The notes under the pieces: model-generated
Seen by the model: the letters and a program-made list of their open reading frames with translations, nothing else
Databases searched by the model: none
Told to the model about the DNA's origin: nothing
Assembly (NCBI GenBank): GCA_947632135.1
Contig: CANRNZ010000003.1
Coordinates: forward strand, 1 to 43,134
DNA: 43,134 nucleotides
Origin: an uncultured Clostridia bacterium
GTDB lineage: Bacteria; Bacillota; Clostridia; Oscillospirales; CAG-272
Reading direction: 5' to 3'
Program-made: the position numbers and the translations under genes
Part shown: positions 7,555 through 17,946 of the stretch, in pieces
Layout: every line of letters begins with the position of its first letter
Position numbering within the stretch: position 1 is the first letter of the stretch

Positions 7555-10161
7555 ATGGAATATACACCCATGATGGAGCAATATTTTGAAATCAAAAACA
7601 AATACGAGGGGTATATCCTTTTCTACCGCCTCGGCGATTTCTACGAAATGTTTTTTGAGGACGCTCAGCTTGTTTCCCGCGAGCTTGAACTCACTCTCAC
7701 GGGGCGCGACTGCGGAAACGGAAACCGAGCTCCGATGTGCGGCGTCCCTTTTCACTCCGCCGATACCTTCATTGCAAAGCTGATATCAAGGGGATATAAA
7801 ATCGCCGTCTGCGAGCAGACGGAGGACCCGTCTCTTGCAAAGGGGCTTGTAAAGCGCGAGGTGATTCGCGTGATAACCCCCGGAACGGTTATCGAGTCGT
7901 CGATGCTGAATGAATCGAAAAATAATTATCTCGGCGCGATATATATATCGGACGAGGGCGTCGGCGTTTGCTTTACAGACATTTCCACGGCGAAAATACA
8001 CGCCACAGAATTTGATACGTCGGATTTTGAGAACAGAACGATAAACGAGCTCTCAACATATCTTCCGACTGAGATTATATCAAACGACGACCTTGACAGG
8101 TATCCGCTCATCAGCTCATTTATTAAAGACAGGTCAAATATACTCTGCTCTAACGTCTGTCCCGAAAGGTTCGCGGTGTCCGACGCCGCAAGAGAGGCAA
8201 AAAAGCATTTTGGCGACAAAGCCGATGAGGAAAACTTCCCCGTCGCTCTCGTCGCCGTCGGAGCGTCTCTTTCATATATCAGAGAAACTCAGAAAACGGA
8301 CATATCATATCTTACCGATATAGATTTGTACGAAAACAAAAATTTCCTCGAAATGGATATTTCCACAAGACGGAACCTTGAGCTTACCGAGACGATGATA
8401 ACAAAGGATAAGCGCGGTTCCCTGCTCTGGGTTCTTGACAAAACGAGCACCGCAATGGGCGCAAGACTTCTTCGCTACTCGGTCGAGCATCCGCTTACAA
8501 ATGTGGCTCGGATAACGAAGCGCCAAAGGGCAATCGGCGAGATAGCCTCGAATTTTGTGCTCAGAGAGGAGCTTCGCGAGCTGCTCGGGTGCGTGCTTGA
8601 CCTTGAAAGACTTATAACAAAGGTAACATACGCAACGGCGGGCGCAAGAGAGCTTCGCGCCATATGTAAGACTGTAGCGGTTCTGCCGCGTGTCAAAGCC
8701 GCGCTCGACCCGCTCGAATCGGAGGAGCTGCTGTCACTTTTCAACAGTATAGACGAGCTGACCGACATACACGACCTTATCGACTCCGCGATAAATGAAG
8801 ACCCTCCGTTTCAGGTGCGAGAGGGAGGAATTATAAAATCGGGCTTTAATGCCGATGTGGACGAGCTACGCTCGATTGTGGAAAACGCCGAGGACTGGAC
8901 ACGGAAAATAGAGACGGCAGAAAGGGAGAAAACAGGGATAAAAAATCTCAAAGTCGGAAACAACAGAGTTTTCGGCTACTATATAGAAATCACAAAGTCC
9001 TACAGCGGCCCCGTGCCCGAGGGATACATAAGAAAGCAGACTCTTGCAAACTGCGAAAGATATATAACCCGCGAGCTGAAGGAGACCGAGGCGACGATTC
9101 TCGGCGCGTCCGATAAGGTAAAGGCTCTCGAATACGAGCTGTTTTCAAAAGTGCGCGATACGGTCGCGGACGCCGCTTTGAGAATCAGAAAGAGCGCCGC
9201 CGCCCTTGCCGAGCTTGATATGTATGTGAGCCTTGCCGAGGTCGCGGTTCAAAACGGATACGTATGCCCCGAGGTCGATTGCAGCACCGAGCTTATTATT
9301 AAAGACGCAAGGCACCCCGTTGTCGAAAAGTTTACCGAGAACTCTTATTTTGTTCCGAATGACGTTCACCTGAATACAGAGGACAGACGTCTTATGCTTA
9401 TCACGGGACCGAATATGGCGGGTAAATCGACATACATGAGACAGACTGCGCTTATAATCCTTATGGCGCAAATGGGCTCGTTTGTCCCCGCGTCGGACGC
9501 AAGAATCGGCATTTGCGATAAGCTGTTTACACGTGTCGGAGCGTCGGACGACCTCTCGTCGGGTACGTCGACGTTTATGCTCGAAATGAAAGAGGTCGCA
9601 GCGATTGTTAAGGGCGCGACAAGGAAAAGCTTTATAATTTACGACGAAATAGGAAGAGGTACAAGCACATACGACGGCATGAGCATTGCGAGAGCGGTCG
9701 CGGAGTACACCGCCGGGAAAAAGCTTTCGGCAAGAACAATGTTTGCGACGCACTACCACGAGCTGACGTGTCTTGAAGAGGAAACAGAGGGCGTCGTAAA
9801 CTATAATGTCGCGGTTAAAAAGCGCGGGGACGATTTGACGTTTCTGAGGAAAATTGTAAAAGGTCCCGCCGACGAAAGCTACGGCATACAAGTAGCAAAG
9901 CTTGCGGGCGTTCCGTCGTCGATTGTAAAGCGAGCAAAGGAAATACTTGAAAGCCTTGAAGCGCAAAGCGACGTCGGAGCCCAAAAGCCCGAGGTCCCGC
10001 GCAGCGCCGAGGCATCGGACGGCGCGCTATTCAATATGAGCCTGCTTGATATATCAAAGGACGAGGTGTGCGAGAAAATCAAAAAGACAGACCTTAACAC
10101 CCTGACTCCCATTGAGGCAATGAACCTTATATTCGAGTGGAAAAAAGAGCTTGCAAACTGA
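7555..10161 (+). CDS. mutS: DNA mismatch repair protein MutS
   Basis: TPMMEQY, GDFYEMF, Walker A ITGPNMAGKSTYMRQ, STFMLEM, DEIGRGTST, SYGIQVAKLAG. Confidence 0.98.
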   Translation: MEYTPMMEQYFEIKNKYEGYILFYRLGDFYEMFFEDAQLVSRELELTLTGRDCGNGNRAPMCGVPFHSADTFIAKLISRGYKIAVCEQTEDPSLAKGLVKREVIRVITPGTVIESSMLNESKNNYLGAIYISDEGVGVCFTDISTAKIHATEFDTSDFENRTINELSTYLPTEIISNDDLDRYPLISSFIKDRSNILCSNVCPERFAVSDAAREAKKHFGDKADEENFPVALVAVGASLSYIRETQKTDISYLTDIDLYENKNFLEMDISTRRNLELTETMITKDKRGSLLWVLDKTSTAMGARLLRYSVEHPLTNVARITKRQRAIGEIASNFVLREELRELLGCVLDLERLITKVTYATAGARELRAICKTVAVLPRVKAALDPLESEELLSLFNSIDELTDIHDLIDSAINEDPPFQVREGGIIKSGFNADVDELRSIVENAEDWTRKIETAEREKTGIKNLKVGNNRVFGYYIEITKSYSGPVPEGYIRKQTLANCERYITRELKETEATILGASDKVKALEYELFSKVRDTVADAALRIRKSAAALAELDMYVSLAEVAVQNGYVCPEVDCSTELIIKDARHPVVEKFTENSYFVPNDVHLNTEDRRLMLITGPNMAGKSTYMRQTALIILMAQMGSFVPASDARIGICDKLFTRVGASDDLSSGTSTFMLEMKEVAAIVKGATRKSFIIYDEIGRGTSTYDGMSIARAVAEYTAGKKLSARTMFATHYHELTCLEEETEGVVNYNVAVKKRGDDLTFLRKIVKGPADESYGIQVAKLAGVPSSIVKRAKEILESLEAQSDVGAQKPEVPRSAEASDGALFNMSLLDISKDEVCEKIKKTDLNTLTPIEAMNLIFEWKKELAN

Positions 10162-10255
10162 CTGTGCAGAAAGCGCCGCAGGATAGCGGGCGTATATAAA
10201 AAAGGCAAAAAGATATAAGACGGAAATAAATAAGACGAAGAAAGGAGAGACTGCC

Positions 10256-12466
10256 GTGGGAAAAATAAACGTACTCGGCTTTGACGTCGCAAATCTTATC
10301 GCGGCGGGCGAGGTTGTCGACAGACCCGCGTCGATTGTCAAGGAGCTGCTTGAAAATGCAGTCGACTCGGGAGCCGACTGCATAACTCTTGAAATAAAAC
10401 ACGGCGGTATATCCCATATAAGAGTTTCCGACAACGGCTGCGGAATCGAATACGACGATTTGCCGCTCGCGGTGCTGCGTCACGCGACAAGCAAAATAAA
10501 AAACGCCTCGGATCTTGAGGAAATATCGACTCTCGGCTTCAGAGGCGAGGCGCTTGCGGCGATAGCTTCCGTCACGAAAATGAAAATCTACTCGCGGACC
10601 GAAAACAGCGAAAACGGCTCATTCATGGTCTGTGAGGGCGGAGAGATTGTCGACCTTTGCGAGGCGGGATGCGCCGCGGGTACTACCGTAATTGCGGACG
10701 AGCTGTTTTACAACGTACCGGCGCGCCGCAAATTTTTAAAAAGAGACGCCACGGAGTGCGCCAAAATAACCGAGATTGCAGAAAGAGTGGCGCTGTCAGC
10801 TCCCGACGTGTCTTTGAAATACACAAGCGACGGCGTTGTAAGATTTATGACGCAGGGAGACGGAAATCTTAAAAACGCAATACACAGCGTTTTCGGAAGA
10901 GAAACCGCCGAGAGACTTATTAAGGTCGACAGAAGCGAAAACGGAGTCAGGGTTTCGGGTTATGTCAGCGACGCCGACAGGAGCTATTCGAAAAGAAGCA
11001 TGGAAATCTTTTTCGTAAACGGCAGATTTATAAAAAGTCCCATCGCGACGGCGGCCCTCGAGAGGGCGTACGTGTCGAAAATACCGTCGGATAAATTCCC
11101 GATGTGCGTTTTGAATATAAGCATCGCGCCCGGCGCTGTCGACGTAAACGTACATCCGACAAAGCTTGAGGTCAAGTTTTCAAACGAGCGAGTCGTCAGC
11201 GAAGCAGTTCACTTTGCCGTTTTGACGGCGCTGAACTCTTCCCTTTCAAGGCCCGAAATAAAAATCGGCGCCGTCTACGGGCAGGCGCCGAACAGCTCCT
11301 TTGAATCTAATGTAAATGCAAATGATAAAAATACGCTGCACAGCACGCAGTCCGCGGGTAATTTTGAAAATCCTGAAAATTATGTATATTCGGCAAATCC
11401 TGTGGAAAACCCGTTGAACGATGAAAAGGTACGGCGTGTTCTGAGCGGATTTGCGCCCGTCGGCAGAGCCGAAAAGGACAAACAGCTCGATATAAGCTCC
11501 GCGGCAAATGCAGAAAACGGCGTCTCGCCCGAACGCTCAAATTATGCAAATGACTCTTTTACAAACGGCAAAAACGGTGCAAATTACACAAACGACTTAA
11601 ATCGACGTACAGTCGGAGAATCCGTGGGGCTCTCGTCGATTTTGGCAGGATATGACCTTTCGTCGTTTGAAAAAAATATTAAATCCGAAAAAAAGGAAGA
11701 AATAAGGGAAGAGGCAAAAGAAAACAGTCGGGAAACTATTCCCGATGATCATACATACGAAAAAGACGTCGACTCAAAAAGCACAGGCGCTCAGAGCGCG
11801 AAATACAAGCTTTCTCTCGCTTCGGACAGTGAAACTGAAACGGAATCCGAAAACGCAGATATCCCGAATTTCAGGATTATCGGCGAGGCTTACGACTGCT
11901 ATGTCATAGTAGAGCTTGAGGACAGAATACTTCTCATAGACAAGCACGCGGCGCACGAGAGAATTATTTTCGACGAGCTGTGCGAAAGGCGGCGCACCGC
12001 GAACAAGGACGCGCAGATGTTGCTTGCGCCTGTAGAGTTTTCGGTATCCGAGGACGAGCTTCCCGTCATCGACGAATACTCGGACGATATACGCTCGATA
12101 GGCTTTGATTTTACGGCGGACAGAGAAAGGCATACTGTCTCTGTCACACAAATACCGTCCGAAATAAGCGCCGCCGCCGCCGCTGATATGCTCGGGACAA
12201 TGATATCGAGACTTTGCGAAGGGCTCGGCACCGTCGAGAGCGCCGAGGCGGAATTTTTTGAAAAGGCTCTTTATCAGGCGTCCTGCAAGGCGGCGATTAA
12301 GGGTGGGCGGTACTACGGAATCGACCACATAAAGTGGATATGCAGACGACTTTTGAAAAAGCCCGGCGAGGACGGCAAGGTTATAAAAACATGTCCTCAC
12401 GGGAGGCCTGTCGCCTTTGAGATAAAGAAAACCTCTATTGAGCGCCAGTTTTCAAGAATTGATTAA
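10256..12466 (+). CDS. mutL: DNA mismatch repair endonuclease MutL with long low-complexity linker
   Basis: IAAGEVVDRPASIVKELLEN, TLGFRGEAL, DVNVHPTK, DKHAAHER, SCKAAIK, CPHGRP. Confidence 0.98.
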   Translation: MGKINVLGFDVANLIAAGEVVDRPASIVKELLENAVDSGADCITLEIKHGGISHIRVSDNGCGIEYDDLPLAVLRHATSKIKNASDLEEISTLGFRGEALAAIASVTKMKIYSRTENSENGSFMVCEGGEIVDLCEAGCAAGTTVIADELFYNVPARRKFLKRDATECAKITEIAERVALSAPDVSLKYTSDGVVRFMTQGDGNLKNAIHSVFGRETAERLIKVDRSENGVRVSGYVSDADRSYSKRSMEIFFVNGRFIKSPIATAALERAYVSKIPSDKFPMCVLNISIAPGAVDVNVHPTKLEVKFSNERVVSEAVHFAVLTALNSSLSRPEIKIGAVYGQAPNSSFESNVNANDKNTLHSTQSAGNFENPENYVYSANPVENPLNDEKVRRVLSGFAPVGRAEKDKQLDISSAANAENGVSPERSNYANDSFTNGKNGANYTNDLNRRTVGESVGLSSILAGYDLSSFEKNIKSEKKEEIREEAKENSRETIPDDHTYEKDVDSKSTGAQSAKYKLSLASDSETETESENADIPNFRIIGEAYDCYVIVELEDRILLIDKHAAHERIIFDELCERRRTANKDAQMLLAPVEFSVSEDELPVIDEYSDDIRSIGFDFTADRERHTVSVTQIPSEISAAAAADMLGTMISRLCEGLGTVESAEAEFFEKALYQASCKAAIKGGRYYGIDHIKWICRRLLKKPGEDGKVIKTCPHGRPVAFEIKKTSIERQFSRID

Positions 12467-12531
12467 AACAAGAATTGACTAAAACAGATTAAAGCCGACC
12501 TTGCGTCCCATATCTTTTACGGTTCTCGGCT

Positions 12532-13287
12532 TTAAGATTTTTTTACCGCCTCAAGGTAATTTATCTTAACTCCCTTTGCGGCAAAATTCTTTTCGTATTC
12601 GGTTTGAACGTTGTCGGCGTTTTTCTCTGAGCCGTGCAGGTCGTGTGTAAAATAAGAGAGCTCAAGCGAGGAGTCGCGGACTGTTTTAAGAGAATACTCG
12701 AAAAGCTGTATGTTGTCCGTTTTGAATCTGAAGCTTCCGCCGGGAATAAGAAGCTTTTCGTATAAGCTCAGAAAAGACGGCGCGGTAAGTCTCCTTTCCG
12801 CCTGTCCGTTTTTTGTCCATGGGTCGCTGAAATTTGCATATATCGTGTCGAATGTACACGGCTCGAACAGTTTGTCAAGCTCCGCGGCGTCGCATAAAAT
12901 AAACCGCACGTTTCCGCGCATTTCAAGCGGTATGTCAAAGCGCTCGCCGTCCTTGTATATGTGCCCGTCGGGCCCCTGCCAGTCGCCGTGCGGAGAGAGC
13001 GCGCCGAGACCTCTTGACGAGGCGTACTTCTCTGCCGCGACTACTATCACGTCACGCACCTTTTCCATTGCAAAATAATTGTAGCCGTCGTCGCGAAGAG
13101 ATGTTTCGCATATAAAGTCCCCCTTGCCGCACCCGATTTCAAGGCGGAGCGGAAGCTCCTTTTCAAATATTTTGCTTGTTTCGCCGTTCTCGGCGCGCTT
13201 TTTGCAGTATGAGTCAATGTCGGGAAAAACTACGGACGAAAGCGCGAAAAGTCTTTCTTCTCCGCGTTTCTTTTTTCTCATTCGCAT
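12532..13287 (-). CDS. trmB: tRNA (guanine-N7)-methyltransferase
   Basis: MRMRKK start (ATG 13287 after AAAGGAG), LEIGCGKGDF, NFSDPW, FKTDN, QTEYEKNF. Confidence 0.93.
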   Translation of the reverse strand: MRMRKKKRGEERLFALSSVVFPDIDSYCKKRAENGETSKIFEKELPLRLEIGCGKGDFICETSLRDDGYNYFAMEKVRDVIVVAAEKYASSRGLGALSPHGDWQGPDGHIYKDGERFDIPLEMRGNVRFILCDAAELDKLFEPCTFDTIYANFSDPWTKNGQAERRLTAPSFLSLYEKLLIPGGSFRFKTDNIQLFEYSLKTVRDSSLELSYFTHDLHGSEKNADNVQTEYEKNFAAKGVKINYLEAVKKS

Positions 13288-13475
13288 ATTGAAATTTGCT
13301 CCTTTTTTTGTTATCATATAAATGCCGTATACATGCCGTATAAATACCATAAAAACATCTGATATGACATCGGTTATGTCTGCTTTTATACCTGTAATTA
13401 TGATACATTACAGCCCCGAAAATTTCAAGCGTTTTTAAATATTTAAATAAAATCAGGCTGAAATGAGGTGACTTT

Positions 13476-14309
13476 TTGGAAATAAATATTTTTATGACGG
13501 AAATTGAAAAAAGCCTTATTGCAAACGGAATATCCGAGACGGACGCAAAAAAACACGCCCGGATAATCCTCCGCCTCATGAGTGAAAACGGGAACGGCGA
13601 TATATCCCGCGTAAAAACCGAGAGAGAGATTTATGAAATCGTCTCGGCGTACCTCGGGAAAACAAGACGTGAAAGAGCCCCGAGCGAAATTATGTCCGTA
13701 AAAAATATCACGCCGCCCGCGCGCGGCGACACCTCCCTGCCCGCTGACGGCAGTGCCGACGGCAGAGCGGCGCCCGACGGCGCGAGATATAAAACCACGA
13801 AATTTTCCGCCGCGGAAGAAGCGCCCGATGTCGGCGCGACCCGCAAAATGGAGCGAACCGTAAAAAAACAGATAGTAAAAACGGTGCTTTCAGACGGGGA
13901 GAAAAAGGAATACAGGAAAATAGTTCTGAAAAATATCCCGACCCTTCTTGCGGTTTATTTCGCAATAGGGCTTGTGTCCCTTGTCGTGTATACCCTCATT
14001 GCGCTTCTTATAACGGCTCTTCTCTGCGTTCTTGTATCTGTCACCGTCGTCGGAAGCGTCGGTTCCCTTGCGGGCTTGATATACGGCGTCATAAAGCTTT
14101 TCAGCATCGTTCCCGAGGGGATTTTTGAGATAGGCTTTGCCCTTGTCATAGCGGGGATAACTCTCGCGCTTTGCATATGTATTTACAATTTGTCGGTAAG
14201 AGCCGCGCCGATACTTTGGAAAAAATTCACCGCGTATCTGAAGGACGGCATCGTGTCCCGTCTTAAGCTTTACTTCAATCAGATGAGAAAGGAGGCGTCG
14301 GAAAAATGA
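13476..14309 (+). CDS. Membrane protein, DUF1700-like (cytoplasmic N-terminus plus 3-4 TM helices)
   Basis: Hydrophobic C-terminal half resembling DUF1700; overlaps the DUF4097 gene by ATGA; TTG start after GAGGTG. Confidence 0.6.
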   Translation: MEINIFMTEIEKSLIANGISETDAKKHARIILRLMSENGNGDISRVKTEREIYEIVSAYLGKTRRERAPSEIMSVKNITPPARGDTSLPADGSADGRAAPDGARYKTTKFSAAEEAPDVGATRKMERTVKKQIVKTVLSDGEKKEYRKIVLKNIPTLLAVYFAIGLVSLVVYTLIALLITALLCVLVSVTVVGSVGSLAGLIYGVIKLFSIVPEGIFEIGFALVIAGITLALCICIYNLSVRAAPILWKKFTAYLKDGIVSRLKLYFNQMRKEASEK

Positions 14310-15244
14310 AATCCATGTCCAAATTCTTTCTTATTTTTTCGGGCGCGCTCACGGGAGTCGGCATTATAATATGCGTTATTGCGTCCTTTATGGCAAAGAA
14401 TCAAAACGTGCAGCTCTTTCAGAAAAAGATTGACGGCAAATATGTATACACAGTTGACATAAACGACACCGACGTCACCAAAATTTCAATAGACGCCGCG
14501 GACGCGGATATAACGGTATATACGGGTCAGGAAAAGGATTACCTCGAATTTATAAATTTTAACGATACATACTTTTCCGTTTCAACAAGGAACAGGGTCG
14601 TCGATTTCGGCGAATATGTCGATTTGCCGTCGCTTTTCAGCTTTTGGGACCCGTCCTTCCAGTTTAAGGGTATGAGGTCGCTTTTGACCGTTTTCAAAAG
14701 GTACGACGGGGATAAAAAGATAAATATATACCTCAGCGACGAGAGGGACATCAAGATATTTGATTTTTCTCTCGAAAAGGGAGATATAACAGTCGAAAAT
14801 CTTTCGACCGCCACCGATTACAATATAAACCTTGACAACGGGAACATTAAGCTTAAGGATTTGAAAACCACCTCCAATGTCAAAATCAAATCGAACAGCT
14901 GCAACCTTTCGACCGAGAACTGCGAAATTTCCTATTTTACCGGGGACATAGCAAATATAACAATGACGGGCGACATTTCCGAGGTGCACAACTTTACGCT
15001 CAGCTCAAGCAAGGGAAACGCCAATGTCACACTCGCATATGACAGCGAAATATCGACGACAAATATAATGACGTCGGGAGCGGTCACGGTAAACGGAGAG
15101 CCGTCTCAGGGAAACTATACCGGCGGCGACGAGGGTGATATTCCCGAGGACGCGTCGTCAGCAAAAATAACGGGGGACACGCTTAACGTAAACCTGATAT
15201 GGGCAAACATGTCAAATGATAAAAAAACTGAGGAAACTCAGTAA
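14306..15244 (+). CDS. DUF4097 family beta-helix (putative adhesin) protein
   Basis: N-terminal TM helix, then repeating I-x-I-x-x-x-x-G-D/N-I beta-strand units (LEKGDITV, LDNGNIKL, SSKGNANV). Confidence 0.72.
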   Translation: MKSMSKFFLIFSGALTGVGIIICVIASFMAKNQNVQLFQKKIDGKYVYTVDINDTDVTKISIDAADADITVYTGQEKDYLEFINFNDTYFSVSTRNRVVDFGEYVDLPSLFSFWDPSFQFKGMRSLLTVFKRYDGDKKINIYLSDERDIKIFDFSLEKGDITVENLSTATDYNINLDNGNIKLKDLKTTSNVKIKSNSCNLSTENCEISYFTGDIANITMTGDISEVHNFTLSSSKGNANVTLAYDSEISTTNIMTSGAVTVNGEPSQGNYTGGDEGDIPEDASSAKITGDTLNVNLIWANMSNDKKTEETQ

Positions 15245-15287
15245 AATATAAAAATTTTTGAAATTATTAAGTTTAAGGAGACAGAAA

Positions 15288-15539
15288 ATGCACGAATACA
15301 AAACAAAGGGAACATGCTCGTCAAAGATAGCGTTTGACATCGAGGACGGAAAGGTAAAGAACGTCTCGTTCTGTGGCGGCTGCAACGGGAATCTTAAAGC
15401 GATTTCAAAGCTCGTTGAGGGAATGGAAGCCACCGAGGTAATAAGGCTTTTAAAGGGCAACACGTGCGGCATGAAAAATACTTCATGCGCCGACCAGCTC
15501 GCAAGAGCCCTTGAGGGCGCTCTTGAAGAGGGAAACTGA
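15288..15539 (+). CDS. TIGR03905 family TSCPD-domain protein
   Basis: YKTKGTCS, FCGGCNGNL, CGMKNTSCADQLA; ATG 15288 after AAGGAG. Confidence 0.9.
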   Translation: MHEYKTKGTCSSKIAFDIEDGKVKNVSFCGGCNGNLKAISKLVEGMEATEVIRLLKGNTCGMKNTSCADQLARALEGALEEGN

Positions 15540-15554
15540 GTATACAATATTCGG

Positions 15555-15624
15555 AAGCTTCAAAGCTTCAAAGCTTCAAAGCTTGAAAAAGTTTTAAACA
15601 AGTCAGAAACAAGTCAGAAACAAG
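15555..15624. repeat. Two adjacent short tandem arrays: (AAGCTTCA)x4 and (AAACAAGTCAG)x2.6
   Basis: Read directly at 15555-15586 (last unit AAGCTTGA) and 15596-15624. Confidence 0.92.
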
Positions 15625-15642
15625 ATAAAAAAGGAGAAACCT

Positions 15643-17937
15643 ATGTTCAGTATCAAAGGAAACGGGATGGATTATGAAATCCGCGTAATTGACAAAGGCG
15701 TTTTTCGCTTCAGAATGGCAAAAAACGGAGAGTACACCGAAAGTCTGCTCTCGCGCTACAACATTCTGAAGGAAAGCGGTGACATGGAGGCAGAGAGCGC
15801 GCAGAACGACGAGACATATTCCGTCGTATCAAACGGCGTGACCCTCGTTGTCAACAAAAAAACGAACACACTGACAGTGCTCGGAACAAAAGAACCGACT
15901 GTATTTGATTTTGACGGATATAACGGAAAAGAATATACAAACAAAGGCTTTAAAATAACTGTCGGATTATCCGAAAACGAGCGCTTCTTCGGGCTCGGAG
16001 ACGAGAGCAGAACGAGCATTGCGAGACGCGGTACAAAATCAAGACTTGACATCAGGAACATAGCCTCCTACGGTCCCGTACCGTTTATAATGAGCTCAAA
16101 CGGTTACGGACTTCTTCTGAACTGCACCTACGCTCACACCTTCGACATCGGAAATGAAGAACACGACAAGATGTTCATTGAGTCCCATAAGGGAAACATC
16201 GACTTCTATCTTTTCATTCCCGAGAGCGGAAAGCTCGCCGATATCCTTGACCTTCAGGCCGCCGTGGCGGGACGTCCTCTTATGATGCCGAAATCGTTTT
16301 ACGGGCATACATTCGTGCTCAACGAGCAGACGAACGCAAGGGAGATGCTCTGGGACTGCCTTATGTTCAGGCGCGAGGATATACCCTGCGATATGGTCGG
16401 ACTTGAGCCCCAGTGGATGAGCCGCAAATACGACCGCACAGTTGACAAAAAGTGGGACGAGGACAGATTCTATTTGCCCGGATGGCTGCCCGAAAACCAA
16501 AGCGGACCCGAGACGTTCTTCTATAATCTTCGCCTTATGGGTTATAAGCTCAGCCTGTGGCTTTGTCAGGATTATGACCTTCTCTGGGAGGAGGAGCGCC
16601 TGACCAACGCGCGCGCCATAAAGTTCAACAAGGAATATACCTTTGAGGGAGCGTCAATTCTCGACGAACATCTCGCGTGCCCGAGCTATATGGACGGCCT
16701 CACAAAACGCGACGAGCCGTGGTTTGAGCACCTGCAAAAATTCGTGGATAACGGCGCGTCGGCGTTCAAGCTTGACGGAGCGTTTCAGGTAAACGACCAC
16801 CCCGACAGACTCTGGGGCGGAAAATATTTCGACGACGAGATACATAACGTCTACCCTGTTCTGTATGTAAAGCAGATGAAAGAGGGATTTGAAAATTATA
16901 CGGACGGCAGAAGAGCTTTAATATACACTCCGTGCATGTACGCGGGAAGCCAGCAGTACTGCGCTTCGTGGGCGGGCGACACCGGCGGCGGATATGACAC
17001 AGTCGTCGCAATGCTGAACTACGGCCTCTCGGGTCATACAAACGTTTCGGCGGATATGGAGGCGACAAGCCCCGAAGGACTTCACTACGCGTTCTTTATG
17101 CCGTGGGTACAGCAGCTTGGTTGGAGAAACTGGCAGCAGCCGTGGTTCATGGGCGACGAGCTTGAAAATATGACTCGTTACTATGGCAAGCTCCGCTCTT
17201 CCCTTTTCCCGTATATATATTCAATGGCGAGAAAAGCGTCCCTGACGTCAATGCCGATAGCGCGCGCTCTCTCTCTTATATATGACGACCACCCCGAATA
17301 CGATTATGTTGCAAACACATATATGTTCGGCGACAGCTTCCTTGTCGGCGTGTTCGATATGAATATAACTCTTCCCGAGGGAAAATGGTTCGACTTCTTT
17401 ACGGGAAAGGTCTATGACGGCAATCGGGTGATAAAGTACGATATACCCGAGGGACGCGGCGGCGCTCTGTTTGTAAAGTGCGGCAGTATCGTCGTTACAA
17501 TGGAGCCTCAGCCTTATATCGAAAAATTCAAGGGCGATAAATATACCGTAAACATCTACCACGGCGGCGACTGCGAGTTTGATTTGTATGAGGACGACGG
17601 TCTGTCATACGATTATCTTGACGGAGCCTTTGCCGATACAAACATGACCCTTACGGACTCCGCGGCATCGTCGTTCACATTCACGCTGAAGGCTCGCGAG
17701 GGCGCCTTCAGCGGCAAAGAAAAGCGCCCCGACGACAGATACAAGCCCTCCGACCCCGTAATAAACGGAATCGGAGATATTCCCTCCTTTGATGTTGTAA
17801 TTCACACAGCGAAGGCAAAGGAGATAACTCTTGACGGAAAACCCGTCGATTTTGAAGTCAGAGACGGAAAAACATACTTCAAGATTTCAAAAGACGACCA
17901 CGCCTCGGGAGACCTTGTATACAAAGTCACGCTCTGA
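15643..17937 (+). CDS. Glycoside hydrolase family 31 (cytoplasmic, divergent subfamily)
   Basis: ERFFGLGD, PVPFIMSSNGYG, nucleophile region AFKLDG, acid/base WAGD, LRSSLFPYIYS, YMFGDSFLV, LYEDDGLS. Confidence 0.9.
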   Translation: MFSIKGNGMDYEIRVIDKGVFRFRMAKNGEYTESLLSRYNILKESGDMEAESAQNDETYSVVSNGVTLVVNKKTNTLTVLGTKEPTVFDFDGYNGKEYTNKGFKITVGLSENERFFGLGDESRTSIARRGTKSRLDIRNIASYGPVPFIMSSNGYGLLLNCTYAHTFDIGNEEHDKMFIESHKGNIDFYLFIPESGKLADILDLQAAVAGRPLMMPKSFYGHTFVLNEQTNAREMLWDCLMFRREDIPCDMVGLEPQWMSRKYDRTVDKKWDEDRFYLPGWLPENQSGPETFFYNLRLMGYKLSLWLCQDYDLLWEEERLTNARAIKFNKEYTFEGASILDEHLACPSYMDGLTKRDEPWFEHLQKFVDNGASAFKLDGAFQVNDHPDRLWGGKYFDDEIHNVYPVLYVKQMKEGFENYTDGRRALIYTPCMYAGSQQYCASWAGDTGGGYDTVVAMLNYGLSGHTNVSADMEATSPEGLHYAFFMPWVQQLGWRNWQQPWFMGDELENMTRYYGKLRSSLFPYIYSMARKASLTSMPIARALSLIYDDHPEYDYVANTYMFGDSFLVGVFDMNITLPEGKWFDFFTGKVYDGNRVIKYDIPEGRGGALFVKCGSIVVTMEPQPYIEKFKGDKYTVNIYHGGDCEFDLYEDDGLSYDYLDGAFADTNMTLTDSAASSFTFTLKAREGAFSGKEKRPDDRYKPSDPVINGIGDIPSFDVVIHTAKAKEITLDGKPVDFEVRDGKTYFKISKDDHASGDLVYKVTL

Positions 17938-17946
17938 ATACTGCAT

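Noticed and set aside
9145-9984. 279-aa antisense ORF within mutS (similar ones at 11774-12400, 21019-21690, 30671-31261, 40158-40901)
   Set aside because: These are codon-bias shadow frames opposite well-supported genes, with no SD or recognisable motifs.
11939-11962. MutL DKHAAHER instead of DQHAAHER as a sign of inactivation
   Set aside because: The metal-binding D, H and E residues plus SCK and CPHGRP are intact, and the K variant is, to my knowledge, common in Clostridia.
15555-15624. Short intergenic arrays (also 17947-18030 and 31646-31712) as mini-CRISPRs or iterons
   Set aside because: Units are 7-11 nt and contiguous, with no unique spacers and no cas or rep gene nearby.
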